From: a virus
Length of the DNA: 64,000 nucleotides
IMG/VR virus record: IMGVR_UViG_3300035180_000246
Coordinates: 1-64,000 of that record
Strand: one strand, 5' to 3'
Position numbers and translations under genes: made by a program
The notes under the pieces: model-generated
The model's database searches: none
Told to the model about the DNA's origin: nothing
What the model saw: the letters and a program-made list of their open reading frames with translations, nothing else
In this document: positions 9,802 through 19,727 of the stretch, one piece after another
Position numbering within the stretch: position 1 is the stretch's first letter
How the letters are laid out: every line of letters begins with the position of its first letter

Positions 9802-9904
9802 TGGAGGTAATTGGATTTGCACCAATATGTCTAGACCCGATATACGTTCCATATAGTACTGCGTGTCTCTTGGGACAAGATGCTTTACATTAAGCGATAC
9901 CCCC
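9802..9904 (-). ncRNA. tRNA-like RNA with G3.U70 acceptor stem and an expanded, non-canonical anticodon region
   Basis: Acceptor GGGGGTA/TACCTCC plus A; D-arm GCTT-AATGTA-AAGC; T-arm ATTGG-TGCAAAT-CCAAT; about 55-nt middle region. Confidence 0.6.
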
Positions 9905-9986
9905 GTAGGTAAGCTAGTTTGAGAAACCTAAACTAGCAAACGGTTATAGCAAAGCTATTTAACCCATAGCTGGGGGTACTAATAGA

Positions 9987-12221
9987 TTACAATTTACATG
10001 CTCCACCAGCACAACCATCATCACTATCTTGGTTATTACCGTCACGAGTGTTATGGTAATAGAGGGCTTTGATACCTAGCTTGTAAGTAGTAATTAAATC
10101 ACGAATCAAGATGTTCATGGGAACTTTTTCCCCTTCAAACCGCATCGGATCATAGTTAGTATTAGCAGATACCGATTGATCGATAAATTTCTGCATAATA
10201 GCAACAATCTCCAAATAGCCTGTATTATCAGGAATATCCCATAAAAGCTCATAGTTAACAGTACCTACATCTGGAACTACTTGATTGTATGTACCAGACT
10301 TACTCGCTTTAACGGATACAAGACCTCTAGGAGGTTCTATACCGTTAGTTGAGTTAGTTACTGCAGAACTAGTCTCACAAGGCATCTGAGCAGTTACAGT
10401 AGAGTTACGTAAACCGTGAGTTGCAATATTCCTACGTAACAGCTCCCAATCCAATAAAAGTTCTTGTGTATGGACAGTATCTACATCTTTCTTGTAACGG
10501 TCAATAGGTAGAACGTTTTGCGAATATGATGTATTCCGATAGTATTCACAAGCACCTACTTCAAAAGCTAATGTATTACTAGCATCTAAAAGATAGTATT
10601 GGAGTGCTTCCATAGTTCTATGGACTAAGTTGTTAGCAGAACCGTTGGAATAGTAAACACCATTCTTTGCTAGATAGTAAGCAAAGTTAGTTACACCAAT
10701 ACCAAGTGATCTACGAGATTTAGCTTTTAAAGCCGCTTCTTCAGGATAATCTTGATAGTCTAATAGTGCATCTAAACCTCTAACTAGTAAGTCAGATAAG
10801 TGTGCTAATTCATGCAACTCATCAATAGCACCTAAATTAATAGCTGCTAATGTGCATAGAGCAATCTCTTCATCTTCTGTACCCATCGGTTTAGTAGGTA
10901 AAGTGATTTCCATACACAGATTGGATTGCTTAATTGGATCTACTTCAGCAATAAATGCACTGTTAGTATTGCAGTGATCTACGTTCTGAATATAGATACG
11001 TCCTGTCTGAGCACGTTCTTGCATAAGAGCAGCAAATAAAGCAGAAGCTTTAATTACATCTTTACGAATAGAAGTATCATGCTCATACTGAACATATAGA
11101 CGTTCAAACTCATCTTGGTCTTGGAAGAAAGCATCGTACAATCCAGGCACATCACTAGGACTAAATAAAGTAATAACACCATTTGTTAACAAACGTTGAT
11201 ACATAAGCTTATTTAGTTGCACACCATAGTCACTACCTCGAATACGCGTCTCTTCAGTACCTCTGTTATTTTTAAGTACTAACAGATCCATAATATCTAA
11301 TCGCCACAGTGGGTAGAACATAGTAGCACTACCTCCACGAATAGCTCCCTGTGAACAGCTTTTAACAGCTGAATGGAAGTGTTTCATGAATGGAATTACG
11401 CCAGTATGTCTAGCATCTCCATTACGGATCTTAGAACCTTCAGTACGAATACGTCCTACGTTAAGACCAATACCTGCCTTTTGAGAAATGTAGTTAATAA
11501 CGGCTGCTGCTGTAGCATTAATTGATTTCAGAGAATCATCCGATTCAATTAATACACATGAACTAAACTGACGTGTAGGAGTTCTTAAACCTCCCATAAT
11601 CGGTGTAGGTAAGCTAATCTTATGAAGTGATACTGCATCATAGAAAGCTTTAACATACATCATTCTAATAACTTTAGAGTACTTACCAAACAATGTTGCA
11701 GCAATCATCATATAAGCTGCTTGTGGAGTCTCATAATGTTGACCTGTAACACGATCTTGTACTAGATACTTAGTAAGTAGTTGGATTGTTGCAGCATAGC
11801 TGAATAAGAAATCTCGATCATAATCAATATGATCGGCTAACTCATTAAGCTCATCTGTAGAATACAATTCTAATACTTCTGGATCATACTTACCTAGATT
11901 AACGTTAGTTTTAACTACATCAGTAAAGTAAGTTGGGTTATTGCTGTTATGTACACGCTTTCTTAAAGCCATCATAGCAAGCTTAGCTGCCATATACTGA
12001 TAGTCAGGCTCATGAACACTAATAAGATCAGCAGCTGACTTAATAAGTAACTCATGAATGCTATCAGTACTGACACCATCAGCAAGCTGGATATGTGCTT
12101 TTAGAGCAACTTCGGATACAGATACATCTAATCCTTCTGCTGCCCATGAAAGTACATTTTCGATCTTCTTGATATCCAGTGGTTCTGATTCACCATTTCT
12201 TTTTAATACATTAATTATCAC
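9987..12221 (-). CDS. nrdA: Class Ia ribonucleotide reductase alpha subunit
   Basis: N-terminal ATP cone (KRNG), QFSSC, SNLCMEI, PCETSS, C-terminal GC.GGACKL. Confidence 0.97.
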   Translation of the reverse strand: MIINVLKRNGESEPLDIKKIENVLSWAAEGLDVSVSEVALKAHIQLADGVSTDSIHELLIKSAADLISVHEPDYQYMAAKLAMMALRKRVHNSNNPTYFTDVVKTNVNLGKYDPEVLELYSTDELNELADHIDYDRDFLFSYAATIQLLTKYLVQDRVTGQHYETPQAAYMMIAATLFGKYSKVIRMMYVKAFYDAVSLHKISLPTPIMGGLRTPTRQFSSCVLIESDDSLKSINATAAAVINYISQKAGIGLNVGRIRTEGSKIRNGDARHTGVIPFMKHFHSAVKSCSQGAIRGGSATMFYPLWRLDIMDLLVLKNNRGTEETRIRGSDYGVQLNKLMYQRLLTNGVITLFSPSDVPGLYDAFFQDQDEFERLYVQYEHDTSIRKDVIKASALFAALMQERAQTGRIYIQNVDHCNTNSAFIAEVDPIKQSNLCMEITLPTKPMGTEDEEIALCTLAAINLGAIDELHELAHLSDLLVRGLDALLDYQDYPEEAALKAKSRRSLGIGVTNFAYYLAKNGVYYSNGSANNLVHRTMEALQYYLLDASNTLAFEVGACEYYRNTSYSQNVLPIDRYKKDVDTVHTQELLLDWELLRRNIATHGLRNSTVTAQMPCETSSAVTNSTNGIEPPRGLVSVKASKSGTYNQVVPDVGTVNYELLWDIPDNTGYLEIVAIMQKFIDQSVSANTNYDPMRFEGEKVPMNILIRDLITTYKLGIKALYYHNTRDGNNQDSDDGCAGGACKL

Positions 12222-13312
12222 AAACTCATACCTCCAAATAAAGAACTGTCGATTGTACTATCAACTGCACCTGTAAGGTAAGAGCTGATTTCTGTCTCTT
12301 GAGGAGCTACTTGTACTGTATCTGAATTTAAGTATTTGTTAATCCAGGGGATTGGATTCTTTTTCTTATCTCCAGAATAGTTTGTAACTACTCCGATAGC
12401 TTTCATACGGATGTCAGCTATATAACGGATATATTGTGTAAGAATTTCTGCATTAAGACCAAGAACTGGACCTCTACTAAACAAGTATTCAGCCCAAGCT
12501 GTTTCCTGCTTAATTACAGCGTCCATAGTTGTTTTAATCCAAGTAGAGTTACCATTTGCTACACTAGCCCACAACTCTCCTTCAGAGCCATTTGCAAGCG
12601 TTGTAAGGATATGCTGAACTGCACTCATATGAAGACTTTCGTCTCTAGCAATAAGAGTGATGATCTTAGAGTTACCTTCCATCAGAGATCTTTCATTGAA
12701 ACTAAATGAGCAGGCAAATGATACATAGAATCTAACTGATTCAAGTGCATACACACTGAACAAAGTTCTATATATTTGTGACATACATCTAATTGGACCA
12801 ATCTCAGGTGTTTGATTCATTTTAATTAATAAATCGTACTCTTCCCCAACACTAGCAGCTCTTTCTAAAATCTCCTCAATAGAGGTAATCTGATCAAGTA
12901 CTTCACTAGGATTAGGGTACACATTACGGATAATGTGGGTGTAACTCCTACTATGGATAGTTTCACTAAATGCCCATGTTTCAATCCAAGTCTCTAATTC
13001 AGGTAAACTAACGATAGGTAGAAATGCTAAATTAGGACTACGACCTTGTACCGAATCTAAGAGGATTTGGTACTTTAGATTGCTAGTAAACATATGCTGT
13101 TCAGCTTCTGTAAGCTTATTGAAGTCATGCTTATCTTTAGTCAGATCAATCTCTTCTGGTCTCCAAAAGAAGCTTAATTGACGTTCTGTAAACTTATCAA
13201 TCCAAGGATATTTCATGTCATCATATCGAGCTACATCTACACCTTCACCTAGAAACATTGGCTGCTCTAGGTGGGATACTGCTGTCGGTCTAAATACACT
13301 CATCATGCCCAC
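12218..13312 (-). CDS. nrdB: Ribonucleotide reductase beta subunit
   Basis: FFWRPEE, ETIHSRSY, LESVRFYVSFACSF, RDESLH, VAPQETEISSY. Confidence 0.97.
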   Translation of the reverse strand: MGMMSVFRPTAVSHLEQPMFLGEGVDVARYDDMKYPWIDKFTERQLSFFWRPEEIDLTKDKHDFNKLTEAEQHMFTSNLKYQILLDSVQGRSPNLAFLPIVSLPELETWIETWAFSETIHSRSYTHIIRNVYPNPSEVLDQITSIEEILERAASVGEEYDLLIKMNQTPEIGPIRCMSQIYRTLFSVYALESVRFYVSFACSFSFNERSLMEGNSKIITLIARDESLHMSAVQHILTTLANGSEGELWASVANGNSTWIKTTMDAVIKQETAWAEYLFSRGPVLGLNAEILTQYIRYIADIRMKAIGVVTNYSGDKKKNPIPWINKYLNSDTVQVAPQETEISSYLTGAVDSTIDSSLFGGMSL

Positions 13313-13554
13313 TCATCTGCATTGTGTTTTTGTATGTTAGAAGCTTTAGTTTGCTCTAACTCAATCAACAGTTGCACATAGTGGATGATCTTGTGTAAGT
13401 CTTGTGTACCATTCTTATTACGCCATCGAGTAATATACTTAATAACATTCCCTTCAATATAAGGGATATTATTAGCAGTAATATACTCTACAGGCTGAAT
13501 AACTAGATTTTTGTAGTGATCTCCACCTACTTGGTTACTGAATGCTGTTGTCAT
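13303..13554 (-). CDS. DUF3310 protein (T7 gp1.7-like nucleotide kinase family)
   Basis: QVGGDHY..IQP.EY..GNVIKY..R..KNG..DL.K. Confidence 0.85.
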   Translation of the reverse strand: MTTAFSNQVGGDHYKNLVIQPVEYITANNIPYIEGNVIKYITRWRNKNGTQDLHKIIHYVQLLIELEQTKASNIQKHNADEWA

Positions 13555-14158
13555 TATTTGTATCCTTTAAAGCAAGACTGAAATCAGGTCCACGATAGTT
13601 AGTTACAGATTTAAGAATCTTACCTTTATGGTAAGTTTTACCGTTAATATCAGTACAATCTCTAGTAACTTTAACAAACCATAGACCTGATTTTGTATCG
13701 AATAGTGCTTCTGTTTTAATGTTTAGAGTAGCATAGTGAGCTACAGTATTAGATGCTTCAGTCATATCTTTATCAAATTTACTTAGATTTGATTCAACCA
13801 CTACATCTAAACAGTACTCGATGATATCTTGTGTAGTATCTACCAATGAGATTAGACCTTGTAAAGTGAAAAAAGCTTTCGTAGGGATACTTACATCTTG
13901 TAAGTGAGCTTTTAATAAGATTATTGTGACATACACAAATACACAGTCACCAATGCCGTCTAAAATTTCAACCTGATTGTGGGATACACAAGCAGAATAT
14001 AATTCTTCAACTTCTTCATCAAGCTGTCTGTACTGATTCTGTAATGCTTCTTCAGGATGATCATACATACCCGTAATCCGCATAAAAGTGTCAATTCTAT
14101 CCTCATCCTGTGCGTAATCAAAATCCGTAGTATTTTCTAGTTGTGGTTCGTGTGCCAT
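13535..14158 (-). CDS. MazG-like all-alpha NTP pyrophosphohydrolase
   Basis: EEVEEL..E.LD..GD..V, V.ESN.SK, GKILK..Y..PD. Confidence 0.75.
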   Translation of the reverse strand: MAHEPQLENTTDFDYAQDEDRIDTFMRITGMYDHPEEALQNQYRQLDEEVEELYSACVSHNQVEILDGIGDCVFVYVTIILLKAHLQDVSIPTKAFFTLQGLISLVDTTQDIIEYCLDVVVESNLSKFDKDMTEASNTVAHYATLNIKTEALFDTKSGLWFVKVTRDCTDINGKTYHKGKILKSVTNYRGPDFSLALKDTNNDNSIQ

Positions 14159-14173
14159 AAGCAGTTTCCTTTT

Positions 14174-15145
14174 TTAACAGTTGGTATAATCAAAGTTTTG
14201 TAAATATAGCTCAGCATATCGTTTATCAGTACTAAGAATATCGTGAATGTCGTTAGCTACATCTTGGATTTCAAGTTGAGCATGGGAATCTGTGCGGCTA
14301 ATTATCAATTTAGCCCAAGAAGCGATAGACCCAGTAAAGATAATACTAGTCTCCATAGCTTGAGGTAATACAAATCTGGCTTGCTCAGGTGCTACACCAT
14401 CAGCAATCATGTTATCATACAAAGCTAAATCTTCTTTATAGCTATACTGCATAGCATTGATCCACATAGTACTATTAGGATGCTCTCCAGCACTACCTTG
14501 TTTAACACTACCTTCTGGTTTAGAACGTAGCGAATCAAATAGATGTACTGTAGGACTAGCAGATACATATCTACGACTAATCTCATTAGTATCAAACATG
14601 CGGTGTGTAAATAGTTGTCGAGCTACAGGAATAGCACATGTAATACGTAAGCTTACATCTACCATTTCAGCTGTTAAAGATGAACTAGAATTAGGAATAT
14701 ATCTTTCACGCTGTGCTGGCAAAACCAAATCCGCATTATAAGTTAACTTATAAGCTTCATTTACATATTTCAAAGTACTCATATCTAAGAGTAATTTAGC
14801 AATACGATTACTGGCGAGATTGTTTAGTTGTCCTGATTGGATTAAACGAACCCATCCGTAATAAGAGGTACGAAACAGTAATGTCTGTTCTGCTTTAGAA
14901 TAATCCCATACAGCTCCTCTTAACAATGTTGGATCTGTGATAACTTTAAAGTCGATATCATTTTCATTAAGTAAGAATGTAAGCCTTACGTGGAAGAATG
15001 GACTAATGTGTTTATTAGTAGCAAGATATTTAATCAATCCTGCATCTCGTTCTTGAGGTTCTGTGCTCCACTTATCGAAACTAACTCTAGCTACATTTGC
15101 GATAAATGTATCATCTTGAGTATTTTCAAGTAATTCTACTTTCAT
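14174..15145 (-). CDS. thyX: Flavin-dependent thymidylate synthase
   Basis: ARVSF, H.SPF, VARQL.THR, NEISRRY, EQARFVLP, HAQLEIQ. Confidence 0.93.
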   Translation of the reverse strand: MKVELLENTQDDTFIANVARVSFDKWSTEPQERDAGLIKYLATNKHISPFFHVRLTFLLNENDIDFKVITDPTLLRGAVWDYSKAEQTLLFRTSYYGWVRLIQSGQLNNLASNRIAKLLLDMSTLKYVNEAYKLTYNADLVLPAQRERYIPNSSSSLTAEMVDVSLRITCAIPVARQLFTHRMFDTNEISRRYVSASPTVHLFDSLRSKPEGSVKQGSAGEHPNSTMWINAMQYSYKEDLALYDNMIADGVAPEQARFVLPQAMETSIIFTGSIASWAKLIISRTDSHAQLEIQDVANDIHDILSTDKRYAELYLQNFDYTNC

Positions 15146-15903
15146 TTATTTTCCTTTAGTCTGTTAGCTCTGTATTGTTCAAGTTCTTCGTATGTATCAA
15201 AGTACGTATTAATGTGAGCACGATCATCACCAATAGATTTTAGATAGTGTGCTACAAGTTTTTTAAAGTCTGATGCTTCTAGTAATCTAGTTAACCTTAC
15301 ATCTATAATAGTGTTATCAAGATAAGCTTGTATGTCTGAAATGTAAGCAATCACACTATGATTACTAGTACTAGGATTTAACCTCTTATTATTACTACGC
15401 ATAGATACCAATTCTTGCATATTATTTTTAATCCAAGAATTGACATATTTGATGTCAATAACAGTATGTACCCATTTGTGTTCCAAAGGTGTTAGTAAAT
15501 TGCCTGAAATATCCCAAGTCATGTTTCCAGATCTGAGGTTTAAAGCAATATACGTTTTTGTTACATAATCTTTTTGTGTAACTGGATTTACGAATATAAG
15601 TCTGATAATTTTTTCGTTATTAAAACTGGCAATGTATTCAATACCCGCTGGAATATGGATAATATCTAATACACTTGGAAAATAGTTTTTAACTAGTGTA
15701 AAGGAATCCTGCGTAGAAATTGATACTAAACAGTCTCTGTAGTACTGTTTAATTAAGTCTGTATCTCTACTGTACTTAAATACACATCTGTCTTTTACAG
15801 TACTTGTTGTAGAAACCATCTCAGATACGTTTATACGATCCATAATACTATTATTATAGTTATTCAAATAACTTTCAAATGTATTTGTTATTTTTAATTG
15901 CAT
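15142..15903 (-). CDS. Hypothetical protein
   Basis: 253-aa ORF with RBS; stop overlaps thyX start. Confidence 0.65.
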   Translation of the reverse strand: MQLKITNTFESYLNNYNNSIMDRINVSEMVSTTSTVKDRCVFKYSRDTDLIKQYYRDCLVSISTQDSFTLVKNYFPSVLDIIHIPAGIEYIASFNNEKIIRLIFVNPVTQKDYVTKTYIALNLRSGNMTWDISGNLLTPLEHKWVHTVIDIKYVNSWIKNNMQELVSMRSNNKRLNPSTSNHSVIAYISDIQAYLDNTIIDVRLTRLLEASDFKKLVAHYLKSIGDDRAHINTYFDTYEELEQYRANRLKENK

Positions 15904-15953
15904 GTTTTGATTCCTGTTTATTAAGATTTATTTTAGAAATGATACTAACTGTT

Positions 15954-16091
15954 TTAAGAGAGTTTTCCTAAAACAAAACCGATTACTAATGCCAATGTAA
16001 TTGTAATTCTGTTAAAGACTATAGCCTGTTTTAGTTGGTTTTCTAAGTTAACTACTTTTTGTTTAAGAGTTGTTCTGGTTGCTCTGTACAT
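15954..16091 (-). CDS. Small membrane protein, 45 aa (not in ORF track)
   Basis: MYRATRTTLKQKVVNLENQLKQAIVFNRITITLALVIGFVLGKLS; fills operon gap, C-terminal hydrophobic helix. Confidence 0.5.
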   Translation of the reverse strand: MYRATRTTLKQKVVNLENQLKQAIVFNRITITLALVIGFVLGKLS

Positions 16092-16306
16092 TCGGTTACT
16101 TCCTTTTCTTTACAGCTATCGCATTTCCAACCTTTAACCATATTTTTATCTGTTCTAGGTTGGTATGACTTGCAAGATTCACAATAGCGTAATGACCTAT
16201 TAAAATTAAGTGTGTACATTTTGATTACTGGTTTAGATTTGGTAATGATGTACTTATGTACGTCCATTTCATGTGCATACTTACGTTGCATATTAGTAAC
16301 GTTCAA
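16052..16306 (-). CDS. Small zinc-ribbon protein
   Basis: CESC...W.CDSC. Confidence 0.6.
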   Translation of the reverse strand: MNVTNMQRKYAHEMDVHKYIITKSKPVIKMYTLNFNRSLRYCESCKSYQPRTDKNMVKGWKCDSCKEKEVTECTEQPEQLLNKK

Positions 16307-16682
16307 TATGTCGTGCTACATACCAACGGCAGTCAGAATTATCACTAGATATTGTTGTAATATCAGAGTAATCTTCACCTACAGTGATTAATTCATGAGC
16401 TATTTGTATACCCAATTTCTGTAATACCTCAAGTTCGGCAATTAAAGCATCTATAATTTCTTCACGCCAATGGTATTTAATACACCCTGAATAGAATAGT
16501 ATTGATTCACTTTCTAAGGATAGATCTGTATTTAGATCCAAATTACTACTTTCTAGCCTAATCGCAAACTTATCTATCGTGTCTTTGAGCGTTAGTGCAA
16601 TAGTTGCTTCTACAGCTGACTTTTCTTCCTCAGTTTTAGCTACTGAGTAGACGTCTAATACCACATCTGTGTAATATCCCAT
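16293..16682 (-). CDS. Hypothetical phage protein
   Basis: MGYYTD start, GED..D motif, RBS GAGGTGA. Confidence 0.65.
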   Translation of the reverse strand: MGYYTDVVLDVYSVAKTEEEKSAVEATIALTLKDTIDKFAIRLESSNLDLNTDLSLESESILFYSGCIKYHWREEIIDALIAELEVLQKLGIQIAHELITVGEDYSDITTISSDNSDCRWYVARHIERY

Positions 16683-16701
16683 ATAATCACCTCAAGTGTA
16701 T

Positions 16702-16959
16702 TTAGTTGGTTTGTTTATTGGATACATACGGTGGTAAGTCTTCTAATAATCCAGATAAGAACTGAGAAGTCATAACGATCTCATATTCAGCATCTTCCAG
16801 GTATTCTTCATCTTCTTCGGACATATAAATAGCTTGTACTGTAGAGATAGCATTCTGTAATCGTGCAAAACGATTAGGTAAGAATTGGCGCATCTCTTGA
16901 AGTTCTAATTCGATAATCTGCTCTACTTGCAGTAAAGCTTTACGTTGTTCATTGTTCAT
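16702..16959 (-). CDS. Hypothetical acidic protein
   Basis: In-operon ORF. Confidence 0.6.
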   Translation of the reverse strand: MNNEQRKALLQVEQIIELELQEMRQFLPNRFARLQNAISTVQAIYMSEEDEEYLEDAEYEIVMTSQFLSGLLEDLPPYVSNKQTN

Positions 16960-16970
16960 GTTGATTCCAT

Positions 16971-17333
16971 TTAGGTTCTGGTTATTGATTTATGTAGGCT
17001 GATTATCATACCAACAGTTAAAATGTTGCTAGGACCCTCTACTTGATGTTCTGTTTCCGCAGTATACATTACGTTCTTAGAGTAGATAGTACAGTAACCA
17101 TGTAGTTTAAAAACTTGATCTCCTAACGAGTTTTCCAGCATAGTAAAAAACTCTAATAGAGGAGATTTCCATACTTCAGCTATACTAAAGTCTTTAAGTA
17201 ATGATCTGCGGATGTTATTAATAACACGAGTATCAAAATGTACTATATAAGTGTGTAAATCTACGGGTTGTCCTAAAGCTTTTAATACTTCAAAGTATTC
17301 GGTTAACTCTTTAACTTGCTGATTGTATTTCAA
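16971..17333 (-). CDS. Hypothetical protein
   Basis: In-operon ORF. Confidence 0.55.
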   Translation of the reverse strand: MKYNQQVKELTEYFEVLKALGQPVDLHTYIVHFDTRVINNIRRSLLKDFSIAEVWKSPLLEFFTMLENSLGDQVFKLHGYCTIYSKNVMYTAETEHQVEGPSNILTVGMIISLHKSITRT

Positions 17334-17751
17334 GGTTGTACTCCTTAACTGCTGTTATAAGTTGATTCCTTACTAAATCCTCATGTATTACAGTTTTAAG
17401 TTTATTCAGCAATACCAGTATAGTTATAAAGTGGTGGTATAAGAAGAAGTGTGTTGGTGCAGGTGCATCTGGTGTAGGTACTCCAAAAATAGAAGCTTCT
17501 ACTAATTCAGGTATAGACCTATCTAAATAGCACTCATCTTTGAATACCTGCCTAAGTCTGTGCATAGCTACAGTGGTGTACCCCATAATAGTAGATCCCT
17601 GCTTCATAGGTATGAGCAATTCGTACTGACTTCTGGATATGTTATAAAGTTCTCCGTGAGGTATTACACCCAACTTCACATAAACATCTAGATGCTGTAT
17701 GGTTTCAATATACAGCTCTGCAAATGTTTTAATCTTTGATTTACATTTCAA
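17311..17751 (-). CDS. Hypothetical protein
   Basis: In-operon ORF overlapping both neighbours. Confidence 0.55.
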   Translation of the reverse strand: MKCKSKIKTFAELYIETIQHLDVYVKLGVIPHGELYNISRSQYELLIPMKQGSTIMGYTTVAMHRLRQVFKDECYLDRSIPELVEASIFGVPTPDAPAPTHFFLYHHFITILVLLNKLKTVIHEDLVRNQLITAVKEYNLEIQSAS

Positions 17752-18850
17752 TAATAGTCCCCTTCTTAATATAACTACTTGTACCTCCTGGGATAATTAG
17801 GAAGATAGTATTATCTTGAGGGGGTGTGTAATTAGAAAAATAACCATCTGTAAGAATGATAGTGATACTTTCATCTTTCATGTACTCATCTAAACATGTA
17901 GGATCAGTACCTCCTCCTCCCATAGGCATTAAGTCCTCTTTAATAGAACTATAGTGGTTAGGGTCGATAGACTGCACATGAGATGCTGTATCCCACCAGA
18001 TAACATCTAAACTCTCTGGAGGCATTGAGGAAGCTAAATAAGCTACTTCACTAGCAGCTTCTGCAATAGTCTCTTCTGTAATAGATCCAGAAGTATCAAT
18101 ACAGAAATTGACATGCTTAGCAGCCATAGATACAGTTCCAGGTAAGTAGAAGCCCATAGATAGGTACACAGTGTTTACTCGTGACCAACTAGTATCATCT
18201 TTACCAGGTACTGTTGTAGACCACTCAGCTTGTAGTAGTTCCTTCCAATCTCGTTTAACTGCTAAAGCATTCTGTAAATCTCTAGCACGATTAGCTGGTA
18301 ACATTCCTGCAGCTTGTCGAATAGCTAAATCTAATTCATTAGAATCTTTAGCAGATAAAGCTGCACCATGTTGATGCTCATCAGCACCATTACCAGATCC
18401 TGGTTGATCATCATCATCACTCTCAGGATCTACTTCAATTACATGAAATACTTGAGGAGTGCTCATACCAGTATAATCAAAGTTAGTCTCATAGCCAGAA
18501 GGCAATTCTACTTTGAATGTGATAGAGTTCTGAACAATTTCGTTATTAACTACAAGATCCATAGCTTTATCAGCTTTCTTCTTATCTAGACGTACTAGAC
18601 CTTCCCATAAATGCATATGTTGATATGCTTTATGTAAGCCTTCGTGTAATAGGATAAAGTTGATCTCTTGATCTGAATGGCTATCTAACCATTCTGGATT
18701 ATAGAGTACATCTAAACCATCTGTTTTAATGGTTTTGGTATCTTCACTTGGTACTAATTTACCAGTTTTTAATACACCACCTAGAAATCCCCAATCAGGG
18801 GACATCATAATTCCTACCAATGACTTGGTAACACGTTGTTCAATCTTCAT
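17741..18850 (-). CDS. Metallopeptidase-like plus vWA protein (N4 gp25-like)
   Basis: TDG..YNP, LLHEGLH (HExxH), MIDAS DTSGS, GGGGTD, ILTDG. Confidence 0.88.
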   Translation of the reverse strand: MKIEQRVTKSLVGIMMSPDWGFLGGVLKTGKLVPSEDTKTIKTDGLDVLYNPEWLDSHSDQEINFILLHEGLHKAYQHMHLWEGLVRLDKKKADKAMDLVVNNEIVQNSITFKVELPSGYETNFDYTGMSTPQVFHVIEVDPESDDDDQPGSGNGADEHQHGAALSAKDSNELDLAIRQAAGMLPANRARDLQNALAVKRDWKELLQAEWSTTVPGKDDTSWSRVNTVYLSMGFYLPGTVSMAAKHVNFCIDTSGSITEETIAEAASEVAYLASSMPPESLDVIWWDTASHVQSIDPNHYSSIKEDLMPMGGGGTDPTCLDEYMKDESITIILTDGYFSNYTPPQDNTIFLIIPGGTSSYIKKGTIIEM

Positions 18851-19367
18851 GATTAATGATTCCTTTTTTCTTCTTTATGTAGTACAGATGCATCTGTCTT
18901 AACCTTTTTATATTTTTAGGTAAAACAGTACCTGCATTAACTAGATGAAGTACAGTATACGCAGCTAGTGCTGGAGATGGGGAATCTAACACTTTATTAA
19001 AGATAAATTCAGCAATATCGAAATTAACCAATTCTTCAAGACCATAACCATAGTGGAATATGTTGTATATCTGCTCCTCAGCTTCCCAAATAAACTTGTA
19101 ATAAGTTAAGTTATGTAGTTGAGTTATAGATAAGTCTTGCTGACTATAATAAGTTGAAGCTAGTAAATTCTGTGAAAATACGTCTTCATATCCTGCTAAC
19201 ACATCTTTAGTAATTGCAGCTATATCCATATCAGTTATATGTTTCTTACTCGTAACATATACCCATAGGTAGTATGTATTACGAGCTTGTGTATACGTTC
19301 CTGATAGTGATAGATAATTCTCTAAAGAATCTTTAAGCTTCTTTACTGTCTGAACTCTCTGAGTCAT
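18840..19367 (-). CDS. Hypothetical protein
   Basis: In-operon ORF. Confidence 0.6.
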   Translation of the reverse strand: MTQRVQTVKKLKDSLENYLSLSGTYTQARNTYYLWVYVTSKKHITDMDIAAITKDVLAGYEDVFSQNLLASTYYSQQDLSITQLHNLTYYKFIWEAEEQIYNIFHYGYGLEELVNFDIAEFIFNKVLDSPSPALAAYTVLHLVNAGTVLPKNIKRLRQMHLYYIKKKKGIINHED

Positions 19368-19713
19368 TTAATAAATCCTCAAGAATTCCAATAACACCTG
19401 GGGCTACAAACATGTACTCATACTTGGTAATATCTACTTTAAACATTCCTAGTACTGAGCTAGTACGTCCAACAGCAGCGTTAGTACCTGTAAGTGTGGC
19501 TGTCTTATCTGTGCTAGGATCACCAGTAGTACCAACTAGTAATACATGACTCTCAGCTAGTAACTTATGTTCATCACATAGCTTAAAACCAAGCATATTA
19601 TCACATTCTAAAGTATCTTTAAGACGCTTATCTAGTAGAACTACTTCACCATGCTCTTTACCGCAGTAGGGGCATACATAATGCCCCATACCTGCATGAG
19701 ATTTATCACTCAT
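19333..19713 (-). CDS. Hypothetical zinc-binding protein
   Basis: CPYCG ... LCDEH. Confidence 0.65.
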   Translation of the reverse strand: MSDKSHAGMGHYVCPYCGKEHGEVVLLDKRLKDTLECDNMLGFKLCDEHKLLAESHVLLVGTTGDPSTDKTATLTGTNAAVGRTSSVLGMFKVDITKYEYMFVAPGVIGILEDLLNDSESSDSKEA

Positions 19714-19727
19714 AATAATTTCCTTAA

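Noticed and set aside
9802-9904. Full tmRNA
   Set aside because: Only about 103 nt, no tag reading frame, and it has a tRNA-type D-stem
7101-13312. Introns or inteins in DNA polymerase or nrdAB
   Set aside because: ORFs are continuous and of normal length, with no homing endonuclease or intein motifs
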